A stretch of DNA of 64,000 bases, taken from Macrostomum lignano (Eukaryota). Position numbers and translations under genes: made by a program. Positions 37,566-59,289 of the stretch are shown in pieces. Under the pieces are notes generated by a model. That model made no database searches, was not told the DNA's origin, and saw only the letters and a list, made by a program, of their open reading frames with translations. The stretch covers positions 62,001-126,000 of the forward strand of contig NIVC01002256.1 of assembly GCA_002269645.1 (NCBI GenBank), in the 5' to 3' direction. Numbering within the stretch: position 1 is the first letter of the stretch; each line of letters opens with the position of its first letter.

Positions 37566-39946
37566 ATGTCTGGAGAAGGCGGTAAGTTACAGCTGATGGA
37601 GCTGCCCCAAGCATATCGAAAAGTCCCGAATGGTCACCAGATCCCGAATGGCGCCCTCACCAGATCCCGAATGGCGCCCACACCAGATTCCGAATACTGC
37701 CCTCAGCAGATCCCGAATGGCGCCCTCACCAGATCCCGAATGGCGCCCTCAGCAAATCCCAAATGGCGACCACACCAGATTCCGATTGGTGCCCTCACCA
37801 GATCCCGAATGGCGCCCTCACCAGATCCCGAATGGCGCCCTCACCAGATCCCGAATGGCGCTCTCAACAAATCCTGAATGGCACCCTCAGCAGAATTCGA
37901 ACGGCGCCCCTCCCAAACAGACCCAAATGACGCCCCTCCCAAACAGACCCAAATGACGCCCCTACCCAAACAGACCCAAATGACGCCCCTACCGAAACAG
38001 ACCCAAATGACGCCCCTACCGAAACAGACCCAAATGACGCCACTACCCAAACAGACCCAAATGACGCCCCCTACCGAAACAAACCCAATGACGCCCCCTA
38101 CCGAAACAGACCCAAATGACGCCACTACCCAAACAGACCCAAATGACGCCCCTACCCAAACAGACCCAAATGACGCCCCTACCCAAACAGACCCAAATGA
38201 CGCCACTACCCAAACAGACCCAAATGACGCCACTACCCAAACAGACCCAAATGACGCCCCCTACCGAAACAAACCCAATGACGCCCCCTACCGAAACAGA
38301 CCCAAATGACGCCACTACCCAAACAGACCCAAATGACGCCCCTACCCAAACAGACCCAAATGACGCCCCTACCCAAACAGACCCAAATGACGCCCCTACC
38401 CAAACAGACCCAAATGACGCCCCTACCCAAACAGACCCAAATGACGCCACTACCGAAACAGACCTGATCCTAAAAATGGTAACCACTCAGCCCCTTTTCC
38501 ATTCAAAATGGTGCCAGCATAGCAAAACCTAGCTAGACCGATCCGTCGTAGCACCCCCCTCCCCCACCAGAACCCAGTTGTAGCACCCACAGGTAAAATT
38601 ATCTTTATCCTTAGATTATACCGTACATTTAATAGAAATTATTTTACGCATTTGCATCTGAAAATTTACTTCGAAGTATTAGCAGTTGCAAAGCGACAAC
38701 GCCCCTATTTTGGCATTTCAGAAGAGGCCCCAGCGGCAGAGGTTGGTTCGATCAACATTATTTTTAGTTCGCATGGTAAAGGCAGAACGTAACCCCACAG
38801 TGCTTCTTGCCGGCCGTAAACGACCGCGGCATTGGGGCATTGTATATTAATAAGAAATCTTTACTGCTAATTTAGGGTCGTCCTAAGCATCAGCTTAATC
38901 AAACAATTTGCGCTATAGGGAACATTTGCGAGAGAAAGACGCTTGCTCGCAGACCCCAACCCTTACCCTACAATCTCGCCATTTCTGATCAACCGCCCAC
39001 GTCCTGCTTGCTGCTGCTGCGTAGTTGATGCGCCCATGTAATTGGTACCGTTCAGACTAAAGTAAATAAGAGAAATTATTTATGACTAACTATATGCTGA
39101 ACTGCTTCCTGCAAAGCTTGCAAATCTTATTACACAGGGTTCTTTGTACTGACCTGATTTGGACTCACTGTACACAATGCATCTGACTCGTCAAACTTTC
39201 AGACCACGACTACAACTGAGGAGATGAAGACAGTCGAAGAGACAACTACAGAGGTTTGGTCCTTTCTTGGCTCTGTGTTTCAGTTGGACTGCGATTGATA
39301 CTTATTGCAACTGTTTATTTTCCTATTATTATCACGTCTATCCCCCCCGCCTGTCCCATCTCATTCCCTTCTAGCCAATCATGGGCTAGCCTAAGCCTAG
39401 CGTATGTACACTTCCTGTCCCATCTACCCTTCGTCAACAGCCTCACTCTATCGCTCTCATCTCTGATTGGCTATCGCAGCGTCCAGTGAAGTTTGACATT
39501 TAGCTCAGAGATCGAAATAAGTGGATTGGGTTCAAATCGCGCACAGTACACTTGACTGAATAAGAGAGGGGCTGGCTGGATTTCTATGTCTCTCTTGCTT
39601 TCTCTCTCTGTCCCCAGCCTGCCTCCCAATCATTTCCTATGTACACTCAGTCAGTCAGTCAGTCAGTTGTGTCTAAATGTCTATTTTCTCTTTCCCACCA
39701 GTAGCCACGAATAACAACCTCATTCCTCAGCCTCCCTTTCAATCCGATTGGCTATCGAATCGATTGACAAATAAGGTCAAATCAACGCTCTCGTCTCAGT
39801 TAATGTTATCAACATAAGATTTTCTGCTTTTCCAGGAAGCAAAAGCCGGCGATGCCTCTAATGGCGACTCCAAGGCTAAAGAGGGCGACGTGAACAAGAA
39901 CGTGAAAGACCAACAGCCTGGCAATGTCTGCTGCAACATTGTGTGA
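37566..39946 (+). CDS. Small acidic CaaX-terminated protein (65 aa) built from micro-exons 37566-37581, 38722-38741, 39203-39253, 39836-39946
   Basis: Phases match (1,0,0), giving MSGEGEEAPAAETTTTTEEMKTVEETTTEEAKAGDASNGDSKAKEGDVNKNVKDQQPGNVCCNIV*. GT-AG at all junctions; AATAAA at about 39950 and 39966. Confidence 0.65.
37622..37890. repeat. Minisatellite, 23-bp unit
   Basis: gatcccgaatggcgccctcacca repeated. Confidence 0.85.
37900..38465. repeat. Minisatellite, 27-bp unit
   Basis: acccaaacagacccaaatgacgcccct repeated. Confidence 0.9.
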
Positions 39947-40599
39947 CACAATAAATTGCTTTGTTTAATAAACGAATGCTACGGTAAACAGTCAATTACG
40001 GGCAACTCTTGATAATGAGTACTTCTGTAAATCTTAGTGTTATGTGCTCATCAACAGCTAACCCCTCCAACTGACGCTGTGATGGGCATGCGAAACTTTT
40101 AGATCATGTGTAACAGCGTGAGTTGGGAAAGGATTTCAGCTGAATACTCGTATGCTCCAATGGACGAAATTGTTTATTTTCGTAATTCAAAAAACGTTTG
40201 AAGGAATTTAAATTAAATATTGCAATCACTATAAAGCTTTTTGCTCAGTAACTAAACATCTTTAAGTTATACTACGTCAGCTTTTTCTCAAAAATTGGGT
40301 ATTGGAATTCCTTGTTTCGACTTAACAAACTTTAAATAATAAACATCGATAAAAGACTGTCGCTATCTCCTTATACCTTTTATGTGGTGAAGGATCTAAT
40401 AAAAATAGTTTTTATTTGCTAATTGACCGATAAATTGTTTAAATTCAACAATAGTCAACGTACATCTACATTGCAACTGCATATCCGGTATACAAAGCAG
40501 CACGATCTGTATACTCACTCGTATGTTTATCCAGGTGCTTTATTTGAAGCTTTCGAACAACGTAAATAATTTATTACGTACATGTCCTGCCCATCACTT

Positions 40600-40862
40600 A
40601 AAATCCATAGGCCACAGCCTAGAGGTCCGGCGCGGCGCTCTGATGTGCCAGCGTCCCAGGCTCGATTCCAAGTGCAGTCACATTAATTTGGGGCTAAATT
40701 GGAATCTCAGCTTGGCTCTGCTCTCGCGCAATTAACGGCCTTGAGGGCCAACCCACAAGGCACAGTGAAGTGTACATGCCTAACGATAAATAAAGTTAGG
40801 GTCACTGTACACTCCTGTGCGAGTGTGTGCCTGCGCGTATGACTGCGTACGTATCCGCGCGC
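40600..40862 (+). mobile_element. tRNA-derived SINE family A, 3'-truncated copy
   Basis: Shares ...ctctgatgtgccagc...ccaggctcgattccaagtgcagtcacattaatttggggct... with 45540 and 63300-63654. Confidence 0.8.
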
Positions 40863-40924
40863 ATCTATTAATGCTGTAATAGGTTTTTAAGGATTTGAGA
40901 GGATTTGGACTTAAAGGATCTAGG

Positions 40925-41330
40925 AGGGCTGTGGTCTAGCAACTGAGAATCTGGGAGGCTGGCCCAGAGGCTGAGGATTTGGGAGGCTTGTCCAACAACT
41001 GAGGATCTGGGAGACTGACCCAGCAACTGAGGGTCTGATAGACTTGTCCAACAACTGAGGATCTTGGAGGCTGGCCCAGCAACTGAGGATCTGAGAGGCT
41101 GGCCCAGGGACTGATGATCTGAGAGGCTGGCCCAGGGACAGATGATCTGAGAGGCTTGTCCAACAACTGAGGATCTTGGAGGGAGGCTGGCCCAGTAACT
41201 GAGGATCTGGGAGGCTGGCACAGCAACTGGGGATCTGGGAGGCTGGCCCAACAACTGATGATCTGGGAGGCTGGCCCAGCAACTGAGATCTGGGAGGCTG
41301 GCCCAGCAACTGAGGATCTGAGAGGCCCAG
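40925..41330. repeat. Minisatellite, 28-bp unit
   Basis: tgggaggctggcccagcaactgaggatc repeated. Confidence 0.85.
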
Positions 41331-41549
41331 GAAATACTAGGAACTGAGAGTTCCTAAGATTCAAGCATAAATTGAAAGATCAAAGGCATTCGTCACTAAT
41401 CGGTATCTACATCGCTAGAAACCTGGGCACGTGCGTTTTCGACGGCGACGTGAACGACTCCTCAGGTGGCTGACGCTGCGGCGGTGGCTGCGACTCCAGC
41501 CAGTTCCGAGACTGCGCCGCCTGGTGCGCCTCGTCTAAACCACTGTGAT

Positions 41550-43806
41550 TCAGAGGCCACCGACCAAATAATGCCTCGCTGGCTGGAGCTCTGAAAGGTG
41601 AGGCGAAGCAACGATGCGTCTTTGTGAAACCAACCAACCAACCAACCAACCAACCAACCAACCAACCAACCAACCAACCAACCAACCAACCAACCAACCA
41701 ACCAACCAACCAACCAACCAACCAACCAACCAACCAACCAACCAACCAACCAACCAACCAACCAACCAACCAACCAACCAACCAACCAACCAACCAACCA
41801 ACCAACCAACCAACCAACCAACCAACCAACCAACCAACCAACCAACCAACCAACCAACCAACCAACCAACCAACCAACCAACCAACCAACCAACCAACCA
41901 ACCAACCAACCAACCAACCAACCAACCAACCAACCAACCAACCAACCAACCAACCAACCAACCAACCAACCAACCAACCAACCAACCAACCAACCAACCA
42001 ACCAACCAACCAACCAACCAACCAACCAACCAACCAACCAACCAACCAACCAACCAACCAACCAACCAACCAACCAATCAACCAAGGAACTAACCAAAAA
42101 ATCGAACACATTAACTAACAAACCTTGCCGAGGCGTGCTGTTGCTCCATCACTGCTGTCAGCATCCGAGGATGCCGAGAGCTCGCTGACTCTCCCAGCTC
42201 CGTCTCCGATGGCACCGCTCGAAGCCGACGCCTTGATCTGCTGATCAGAGACTCAGCGGGGTCGAGGCAGCACTGGACGATCTTGTCGTTGAGTCCGCTG
42301 ACAACCACAATGTCCGCGTCGTCTGCGGAAGTGCCGTGCCAAGTGCAGCCGCTGAGCAGCGATGCCTCCGATGTAGTGAACCGCCCGGAAAGGTGGCGGG
42401 CTCGAGCTGGCATCACCCGGTCAGTCATGGGCAGCAGCTCGGCGCTCAGGCTGGTGAGGGTCTCCATGCTGGGCAGCGTTAGCAGGTCTCGGGAGCCGCC
42501 CAGTCCGTCGCCACCGCTGGGAGACACCTGCGTGATCAGAGAATAGCGGACAGCTTATTATCCGAACCTCAATATTGGAATCCCAGAACCTGTTTCAGAA
42601 TTTAGGAGCTTCAGAATCGGGAATCTTAAAATTAATAATATTAATAATAATAATTGATTTCACCTGCCCTACTGATCAGATGTGCAACCGACTTGACTTA
42701 GCTGCAGGGGGCTCCGTGCGTCCGGAAACAGCGAAGAGACGTTGCATGTGCAACCGACAGCTCAGCCGCTGCTATTGCGCGGTGCATCTGAAGGCTGTGT
42801 ACGGCTGTTCAGTCCAAGGACTGGAGGGAGGGGGGGTCGCCACACGCACCCTCAATTACCCCAGCTTATGCTGGCACCCATTTTACAGAGCCTGGGTGAA
42901 CTGAAGCGATGCAGAGTTAAGTTTCTGTTTTGCCCAAGGACACAAATTGTTCCGAGTGCCGAGTGGGTCGAGAATCGAACCCCCGACTTTTCAGTCGGGG
43001 GTTTTCAGTCGGAAGAACCTAGCTAATGGCCACGGACCAGAGGAGAGAGACAAGGGGAGGGAGGAGAGAAGAGGAAAGAGATGAGAGATGAAAGAAGAGA
43101 GGAAAGTCGAGAGAGGAGATGAGAGATGAAAGAAGAGAGGAAAGTCGAGAGAGGAGATGAGATGAGATATGATATATAAGATATGGGATGAGAGAAGAGA
43201 AGAGAGAGAAGATAAGATGAGAGAGGAGAGGAGAGAAGGGGGCGAGGTAATAGAGAGAATAGGAGAGACAGGTGGTAAGTGAGCTGATAAGAGACGCAAA
43301 CCTTAAGCGGGCCGGATTGCTATTATTAAGTTTCTAAGGTCCCTCCGGCCAGATAGAAAGGTGGCTCGCGGGCCGAAGTTTGCCGACCCGCGCTCTAACC
43401 GCTAGGCTACAGCCCGCTTGAAATTAGGTCAGAATAGGAAGCTCAGAAGCTCAGAGTCTCAAAGCATCACCTGAATGGCCACAGTCCGCCTGTCAAGAGC
43501 CAGCCTAATAAACGGCTGCATCGCTCGTTTCAAGTTGCGCCTCCTCTGCCGTTCCTCTTCCACGCGTACAGTCGGAGTGCTGCGCAGAAAGGCGCTCACC
43601 TCCCGGTCCAGCTCCCGCTTCCCAGCTCGCCGGTTGATGTGCGACACAATCATGAACAGGATGGCCATGGCGTAGACCGTTACCACCGTCACAACGTACC
43701 ACATGGCGCCGTTGTGATCGTAGGGAGTCTCAGCTGGAGCCGTAGTCACCGGCGGGGCACCAGTGCCGTTCGACAGCAGTCCCAACAAGTAAGTTCGGCG
43801 ACCCAT
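41550..43806 (-). CDS. Single-pass membrane protein with KCNE/SMIM34-like transmembrane segment, about 269 aa; exons 43806-43471, 42527-42124, 41619-41550
   Basis: N-terminal NGT sequon, no signal peptide, [27 protein letters not shown], then basic [14 protein letters not shown] junctions with matching phases (0,2). Confidence 0.65.
41628..42085. repeat. (AACC)n intronic microsatellite
   Basis: Pure tetranucleotide run. Confidence 0.95.
42690..43005 (-). mobile_element. tRNA-derived SINE family B with CORE-like central domain
   Basis: Minus strand gggttcgattctcg (B box), then gtgtccttgggcaaa...cttcagttcacccaggctctgtaaaatggg; second copy at 63035-63200. Confidence 0.65.
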
Positions 43807-44244
43807 TGCTGACAGGCCAACTTGTCAGGCTATAGAATTCTCGCGAGCTCGAGGTGAATTGGTTTTAAGAAAGAATGAAGCGGGAGGAGGGAGAGAAAAG
43901 ACAGAGAGTAAAGGCTTACTGAGATGGCCTTTGCATTAACTGCAGCCCCACCTCAACTGTCCTCTAAACTATATAGTCCTTCAGCCTCGCCTAGAACCGC
44001 CATTTGCCTGCTTTGCAGATAGAATGCAAACTAACTATATAGATAATAAACACTGCTATATGGCAAGTTAAGATACACGCAAGTCTGCATAATATTGTAC
44101 CGCTTTGTGGTGCATAGAATAATTAGACAACTACAGACAATAGTTCGTATTTTTAGAGATTCAATGTGATATACGATGCAATTGTAGAGTGTAATTGCTT
44201 CATTTTGGAGTAACTGGTATCTGACTTTAATAGATACGTAGGGC

Positions 44245-44768
44245 CCTGATGTTGGGGCACTGATGTGTTGGGGCACTGATGTATTGGGGCACTGATGTAT
44301 TGGGGCACTGATGTGTTGGGGCACTGATGTATTGGGGCACTGATGTATTGGGGCACTGATGTATTGGGGCACTGATGTATTGGGGCACTGATGTGTTGGG
44401 GCACTGATGTATTGGGGCACTGATGTATTGGGGCACCGATGTATTGGGGCACTGATGTATTGGGGCACTGATGTATTGGGGCACTGATGTATTGGGGCAC
44501 TGATGTATTGGGGCATTGATGTATTGGGGCACTGATGTATTGGGGCACTGATGTATTGGGGCACTGATGTTGGGGCACTGATGTATTGGGGCACTGATGT
44601 ATTGGGGCACTGATGTATTGGGGCACTGATGTATTGGGGCACTGATGTATTGGGGCACTGATGTATTGGGGCACTGATGTATTGGGGCATTGATGTATTG
44701 GGGAATTGATGTATTGGGGCATTGATGTATTGGGGCATTGATGTATTGGGGCACTGATGTATTGGGGC
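44245..44768. repeat. Minisatellite, 16-bp unit
   Basis: actgatgtattggggc repeated about 32 times. Confidence 0.92.
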
Positions 44769-45147
44769 CGGCAGTTTTAACTTAATTGTAAGATAAAAAG
44801 GGCGAAGATGAATGAATTTTAAAAAACATTTCTAAGAAACTCTCCAAAACCGTTGCCTACTATTTTAGCAAATCAGCCTTGGAACGTTGCCAAAAATCTT
44901 TCTTTGGTTCAGTGCTGCCCTTATATAAACAAGCGAGCCCCATGAGATGACGAATGCAAGTCTGTCAATGTCACTAGGGCTTCGGGGGCCGCCCACGACC
45001 AAGCGGATTACGTGTGCCCTATTTTTAGAACTGTTTAAACAGAAACGATTGTAGAAAAGGAGCGTCGAAGTTCTTTGAAATCTATCCAATTCATATCCAA
45101 ATAGCCTTGCTGAGAATTGAAGCGCGGTAGCAGTTAAGGCCTCGGAA

Positions 45148-47945
45148 ATGCTGGAATTAAATTCCTTTAAGAGTCTTCAGGTTTTATCGGCTGTGGCTCT
45201 GTTGCTGACCAGCTGCTGCAGCGTTGATTCATCAGCCTCTAAGCAGGATGACGCACGAATCTTTCGCCAGATTCGAAGAGACGAAATTCAATGCGAGGCG
45301 AACCTCCAGCTGCCGCGTTGCGAGGGGAACTCAGAAGCTGCTGACTCAGACTGCTACTTGGTTGAGGAGTCGCCGAGGCAGGAGTTCGGTGGCGGCCACG
45401 GCGGTGGCGGCGGCGGCAGGAACATCTTGAAAAGCGGCGAGTGGAACCGGATGAGGCGGGCGATGCAGGTAACTGCATATTGCATATTCCTCCTTTTTTA
45501 GATTATCTAACTTAAACATTTTATATCTTGTACATTCAGGGGGCCGTAGCTCAGTGGTCTGGCGCGGCGTTCTGATATGCCAGCGGCCCAGGCTCGATTC
45601 CAAGTGCAGTCACATTAATTTGGGGCTAAATTGTAACTCGGCTTAGCTCTGCTCGTGCAATGAACGCTCTTCAGCGCCAGCCCCTATTGCACACAGTGAA
45701 GTGTACGTGCCTGACGATAAATAAAGTTTGGGTCGCTGTACACTCTTGTGTGAGAGTGTGCCTGTGCGTATGACTGCGTACGTATCTGCGCGCTTTTGTG
45801 CCTGCTCAGGGGTGTCGGCGGAATAGGCAGTAATGCCTCTCGCCGGTTGTGCGACAATGTCGCTTAAAGTGCGCCAGGGTGCACCTCTAATAACAAAATA
45901 TTATATGTTGTGCATTCCCTAGACTGTAAATTAAGTTAAATATTCGCCTACGTCGTATTGCATGTAGCCTGGACTCACGCATTCAACGTACACTTCACCC
46001 TTATCTTTCTGTCCCACTTAGCTTGGCCCCACGCACTCAACGTACACTTCACCCTTATCTTTCTGTCCCACTTAGCTTTACCCCACGCATTCAACGTACA
46101 CTTCACCCTTATCTTTCTGTCGTACTTAGCTTGGCCCCACGCATTCAACGTACACTTCACCCTTATCTTTCTGTCGTACTTAGCTTGGCCCCACGCATTC
46201 AACGTACACTTCACCCTTATCTTTCTGTCCTACTTAGCTTGGCCCCACGCATTCAATGTACACTTCACCCTTATCTTTCTGTCCTACTTAGCTTGGCCCC
46301 ACGCATTCAACGTTCACTTCACCCTTATCTTTCTGTCCTACTTAGCTTGGCCCCACGCATTCAACGTTCACTTCACCCTTATAATCTTTCTGTCGTACTT
46401 AGCTTGGCCCCACGCATTCAACGTACACTTCACCCTTATCTTTCTGTCGTACTTAGCTTGGCCCCACGCATTCAACGTACACTTCACCCTTATCTTTCTG
46501 TCGTACTTAGCTTGGCCCCACGCATTCAACGTTCACTTCACCCTTATCTTTCTGTCCCACTTAGCTTGGCCCAACGCATTCAATGTACACTTCACCCCTT
46601 ATCTTTCTGTCCCATTTAGCTTGGCCCCACGCATTCAACGTACACTTCACCCTTATAATCTTTCTGTCGTACTTAGCTTGGCCCCACGCATTCAACGTAC
46701 ACTTCACCCTTATCTTTCTGTCCTACTTAGCTTGGCCCCACGCATTCAACGTACACTTCACCCTTATCTTTCTGTCCCACTTAGCTTGGCCCCACGCATT
46801 CAACGTACACTTCACCCTTATCTTTCTGTCGTACTTAGCTTGGCCCCACGCATTCAACGTACACTTCACCCTTATCTTTCTGTCGTACTTAGCTTGGCCC
46901 CACGCATTCAACGTACACTTCACCCTTATCTTTCTGTCCTACTTAGCTTGGCCCCACGCATTCAATGTACACTTCACCCTTATCTTTCTGTCGTACTTAG
47001 CTTGGCCCCACGCATTCAACGTTCACTTCACCCTTATCTTTCTGTCCTACTTAGCTTGGCCCCATGCATTCAACGTACACTTCACCCTTATCTTTCTGTC
47101 CCACTTAGCTTGGCCCCACGCATTCAACGTTCACTTCACCCTTATCTTTCTGTCGTACTTAGCTTGGCCCCACGCATTCAACGTACACTTCACCCTTATC
47201 TTTCTGTCCTACTTAGCTTGGCCCCACGCATTCAATGTACACTTCACCCTTATCTTTCTGTCCTACTTAGCTTGGCCCCACGCATTCAACGTACACTTCA
47301 CCCTTATCTTTCTGTCGTACTTAGCTTGGCCCCACGCATTCAACGTACACTTCACCCTTATCTTTCTGTCCTACTTAGCTTGGCCCCACGCATTCAATGT
47401 ACACTTCACCCTTATCTTTCTGTCGTACTTAGCTTGGCCCCACGCATTCAACGTACACTTCACCCTTATCTTTCTGTCCTACTTAGCTTGGCCCCACGCA
47501 TTCAATGTGTGCGTAAAAAACTCTAATGTACATGTACATCCAGCCCCACTCAGCCGTTTGAAAACTCCTTCCTGACCCGCAGTCAATCGCCAGCGAGTCC
47601 CGCCTATCGGACAGCTATCCATCAGCAATGAGCGACACGGTATTTCAACCGCTGTCGGATCTTCGCGACCGCTACTGCCCAGTCGCCTACAGACTCGACG
47701 CCGACCCCAGTCGATTTCCCGTCCTGATAGTGCAGGCGGACTGTCTCCACGGGCAGGGAGCCCGTTGCCTGGGCCCTCTAGGAGACGCCTGCATCTGCCA
47801 GCCGGTGCTGCACTACAGGCAGATCTACAACCGACTGTCGGACGGTTGCAGATACAACGGCTCCGAGCAGCTCAGAGGCGGCGTATTCGTTAAAGCTTTC
47901 GCAAATGTTAGCGTTAACTGCGCCGCTGTTAAACACGTAGTTTAA
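45148..47945 (+). CDS. Secreted IL-17/noggin/trunk-superfamily cystine-knot-like protein, paralog 2 (227 aa; exons 45148-45468, 47583-47945)
   Basis: Signal peptide; phase-0 intron cag|gtaact ... cccgcag|TCA; C-terminal DRYCPVAYRLDADPSRFPVLIVQADC...CICQPV...C...FVKAFANVSVNCAA with IL-17-like YR.D.DP.RFP. Confidence 0.75.
45540..45890 (+). mobile_element. tRNA-derived SINE family A, near full length, intronic
   Basis: A box tagctcagtggt and B box ggctcgattcc; body shared with the 40600 and 63300 copies. Confidence 0.82.
45955..47507. repeat. Intronic minisatellite, 54-bp unit, about 28 copies
   Basis: gcttggccccacgcattcaacgtacacttcacccttatctttctgtcgtactta repeated. Confidence 0.95.
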
Positions 47946-48517
47946 ATTAGCAAATTTGATGACGAAAACTGAATTATTATTTTTTAGTAATAGCTAGCGC
48001 TAGTATAACTGATGTTTCATAACGGGGGACCACAAAGACCACTAGAAGTTACCGGTCGTAATACCTCATCAAATTAATTGAAGACTAATTAGTAAGACTA
48101 AAAATTGATGAAGCCACCTCGAACCAACCAGACCAAAATGTTTTTTTCCGTCTCGCGAATGTATCTCTCGCAATTGCAACGGTAACTTCGTAGAGATTCT
48201 TTGATCCCTGAATCGTAAATTGAACCCTCACTGATGACGGAGAAAGTTCAAATTTACCGATCTAGTGACTCGACTTCTTGGAACACCCGTTATATATTAT
48301 TCTATACAATTGTAGCATAATTGCATAGCTATATGGTACCCCATAATTCCATTAACATCAAATCAAATTACCATTTAATGTTCATTACTCATTCATCAAA
48401 CTGAGTTCATGCGTACTCCTCTTTATTCGTACAGCGAAACTTTTAAATTTTTGCATGACTTGCATGATTTGAGCAGACCATATCATGCAGTTCTGTGTCG
48501 GTGCGCGGCCTTACGCA

Positions 48518-50095
48518 CTTCATTCACTCCCCTCTCTCTTCATTCACTCCCCCCTCTCTTCATTCACTCCCCTCTCTCTTCATTCACTCCCCTTTCTCTT
48601 CATTCACTCCTCTCTCTCTTCATTCACTCCCCTCTCTCTTCATTCACTCCCCTCTCTCTTCATTCACTCCCCTCTCTCTTCACTCACTCCCCTCTCTCTT
48701 CATTCACTCCCCTCTCTCTTTATTCACTCCCCTCTCTCTTCATTCACTCCCCTCTCTCTTCATTCACTCCCCTCTCTCTTCATTCACTCCCCTCTCTCTT
48801 CATTCACTCCCCTCTCTCTTTATTCACTCCCCTCTCTCTCCATTCACTCCCCTCTCTCTTCATTCACTCCCCTCTCTCTCCATTCACTCCCCTCTCTCTT
48901 CATTCACTCCCCTCTCTCTTCATTCACTCCCCTCTCTCTTCATTCACTCCCTTCTCTCTTCATTCACTCCCCTCTCTCTTCATTCACTCCCCTCTCTCTT
49001 CATTCACTCCCCTCTCTCTTCATTCACTCCCCTCTCTCTTCATTCACTCCCCTCTCTCTTCATTCACTCCCCTCCCTCTCCATTCACTCCCCTCCCTCTT
49101 CATTCACTCCCCTCTCTCTCCATTCCCTCCCCTCTCTCTCCATTCCCTCCCCTCTCTCTTCATTCACTCCCCTCTCTCTTCATTCACTCCCCTCTCTCTT
49201 CATTCACTCCCCTCTCTCTTCATTCACTCCCCTCTCTCTTCATTCACTCCCCTCTCTCTTCATTCACTCCCTTCTCTTTTCATTCACTCCCCTCTCTCTT
49301 CATTCACTCCCCTCTCTCTTCATTCACCCCCTCTCTCTTCATTCACCCCCTTCTCTCTTCATTCACTCCCCTCTCTCTTCATTCACTCCCCTATCTCTTC
49401 ACTCACTTCCCCCTCTCTCTTCACTCACTTCCCTCTCTCTTCATTCACTCCCCTCTCTATTCATTCACTCCCCTCTCTCTTCATTCACTCCCCTCTCTCT
49501 TCATTCACTCCCCTCTCTCTTCATTCACTCCCTCTCTCTTTATTCACTCCCCTCTCTCTTCATTCACTCCCTCTCTCTTCATTCACTCCCCTCTCTCTTC
49601 ATTCACTCCCCTCTCTCTTCATTCACCCCCCTCTCTCTTCATTCACTCCCCTCTCTCTTCATTCACTCCCCTCTCTCTTCATTCACTCCCCTCTCTCTTC
49701 ATTCACTCCCCTCTCTCTTCATTCACTCCCCTCTCTCTTCATTCACTCCCCTCTCTCTTCATTCACTCCCCTCTCTCTTCATTCACTCCCCTCTCTCTTC
49801 ATTCACTCCCCTCTCTCTTCATTCACTCCCCTCTCTCTTCATTCACTCCCCTCTCTCTTCATTCACTCCCCTCTCTCTTCATTCACTCCCCTCTCTCTTC
49901 ATTCACTCCCCTCTCTCTTCATTCACCCCCTCTCTCTTCATTCACTCCCCTCTCTCTTCATTCACTCCCCTCTCTCTTCATTCACTCCCCTCTCTCTTCA
50001 TTCACTCCCCTCTCTCTTCATTCACTCCCCTCTCTCTTCATTCACTCCCCTCTCTCTTCATTCACTCCCCTCTCTTTCTCCATTCACTCCCCTCT
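48518..50095. repeat. Polypyrimidine minisatellite, 20-bp unit, about 78 copies
   Basis: cattcactcccctctctctt repeated. Confidence 0.95.
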
Positions 50096-50529
50096 GTCGA
50101 TTCACTTTCCTGTCTGTCTATTTGATTTCCCACGAGCATTCAATATTCCCATGGATTTACATTTCCTCATCACTTTGAGGCGCATCAAGCTGTTTAAATA
50201 AAAAAGTCAGAATATATTGGAATTATTGTTTTATAGGCGCGTTTTGAATTAAAAAAAGAAATTAATTTTTATAAATCAAATATTTTGGCAGAAAGAATAA
50301 TCAATTTTTTGTCTTTGTGTAGAAAAATCCAGAGTAAGTGTGATTCTTTAAACTGTAAAATTTTGATAAAAAATTATTTCAAAACATTTGTCTTCAGTGC
50401 ATTAAAACAATTTTATAGAAATTCGTTTAGCCAACAGGCTCAAGATAAATATGAGAAATCTTGATTGCTATTGTACAGTAATTAAAAGTGAATTAATTGT
50501 TTTCAACATCAGTGACCACCGCTAGGACT

Positions 50530-59289
<8,760 letters not shown>

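Noticed and set aside
45958-50201. Long repetitive ORFs (AWPHAFNVHF..., SLFIHSPL...)
   Set aside because: Stop-free frames of the 54-bp and 20-bp arrays; the first lies inside a well-supported intron. The same applies to the ORFs at 10909-11814, 12145-12765, 15481-16336, 19474-19908, 37841-38532, 41407-42121, 44031-44754 and 50598-51308.
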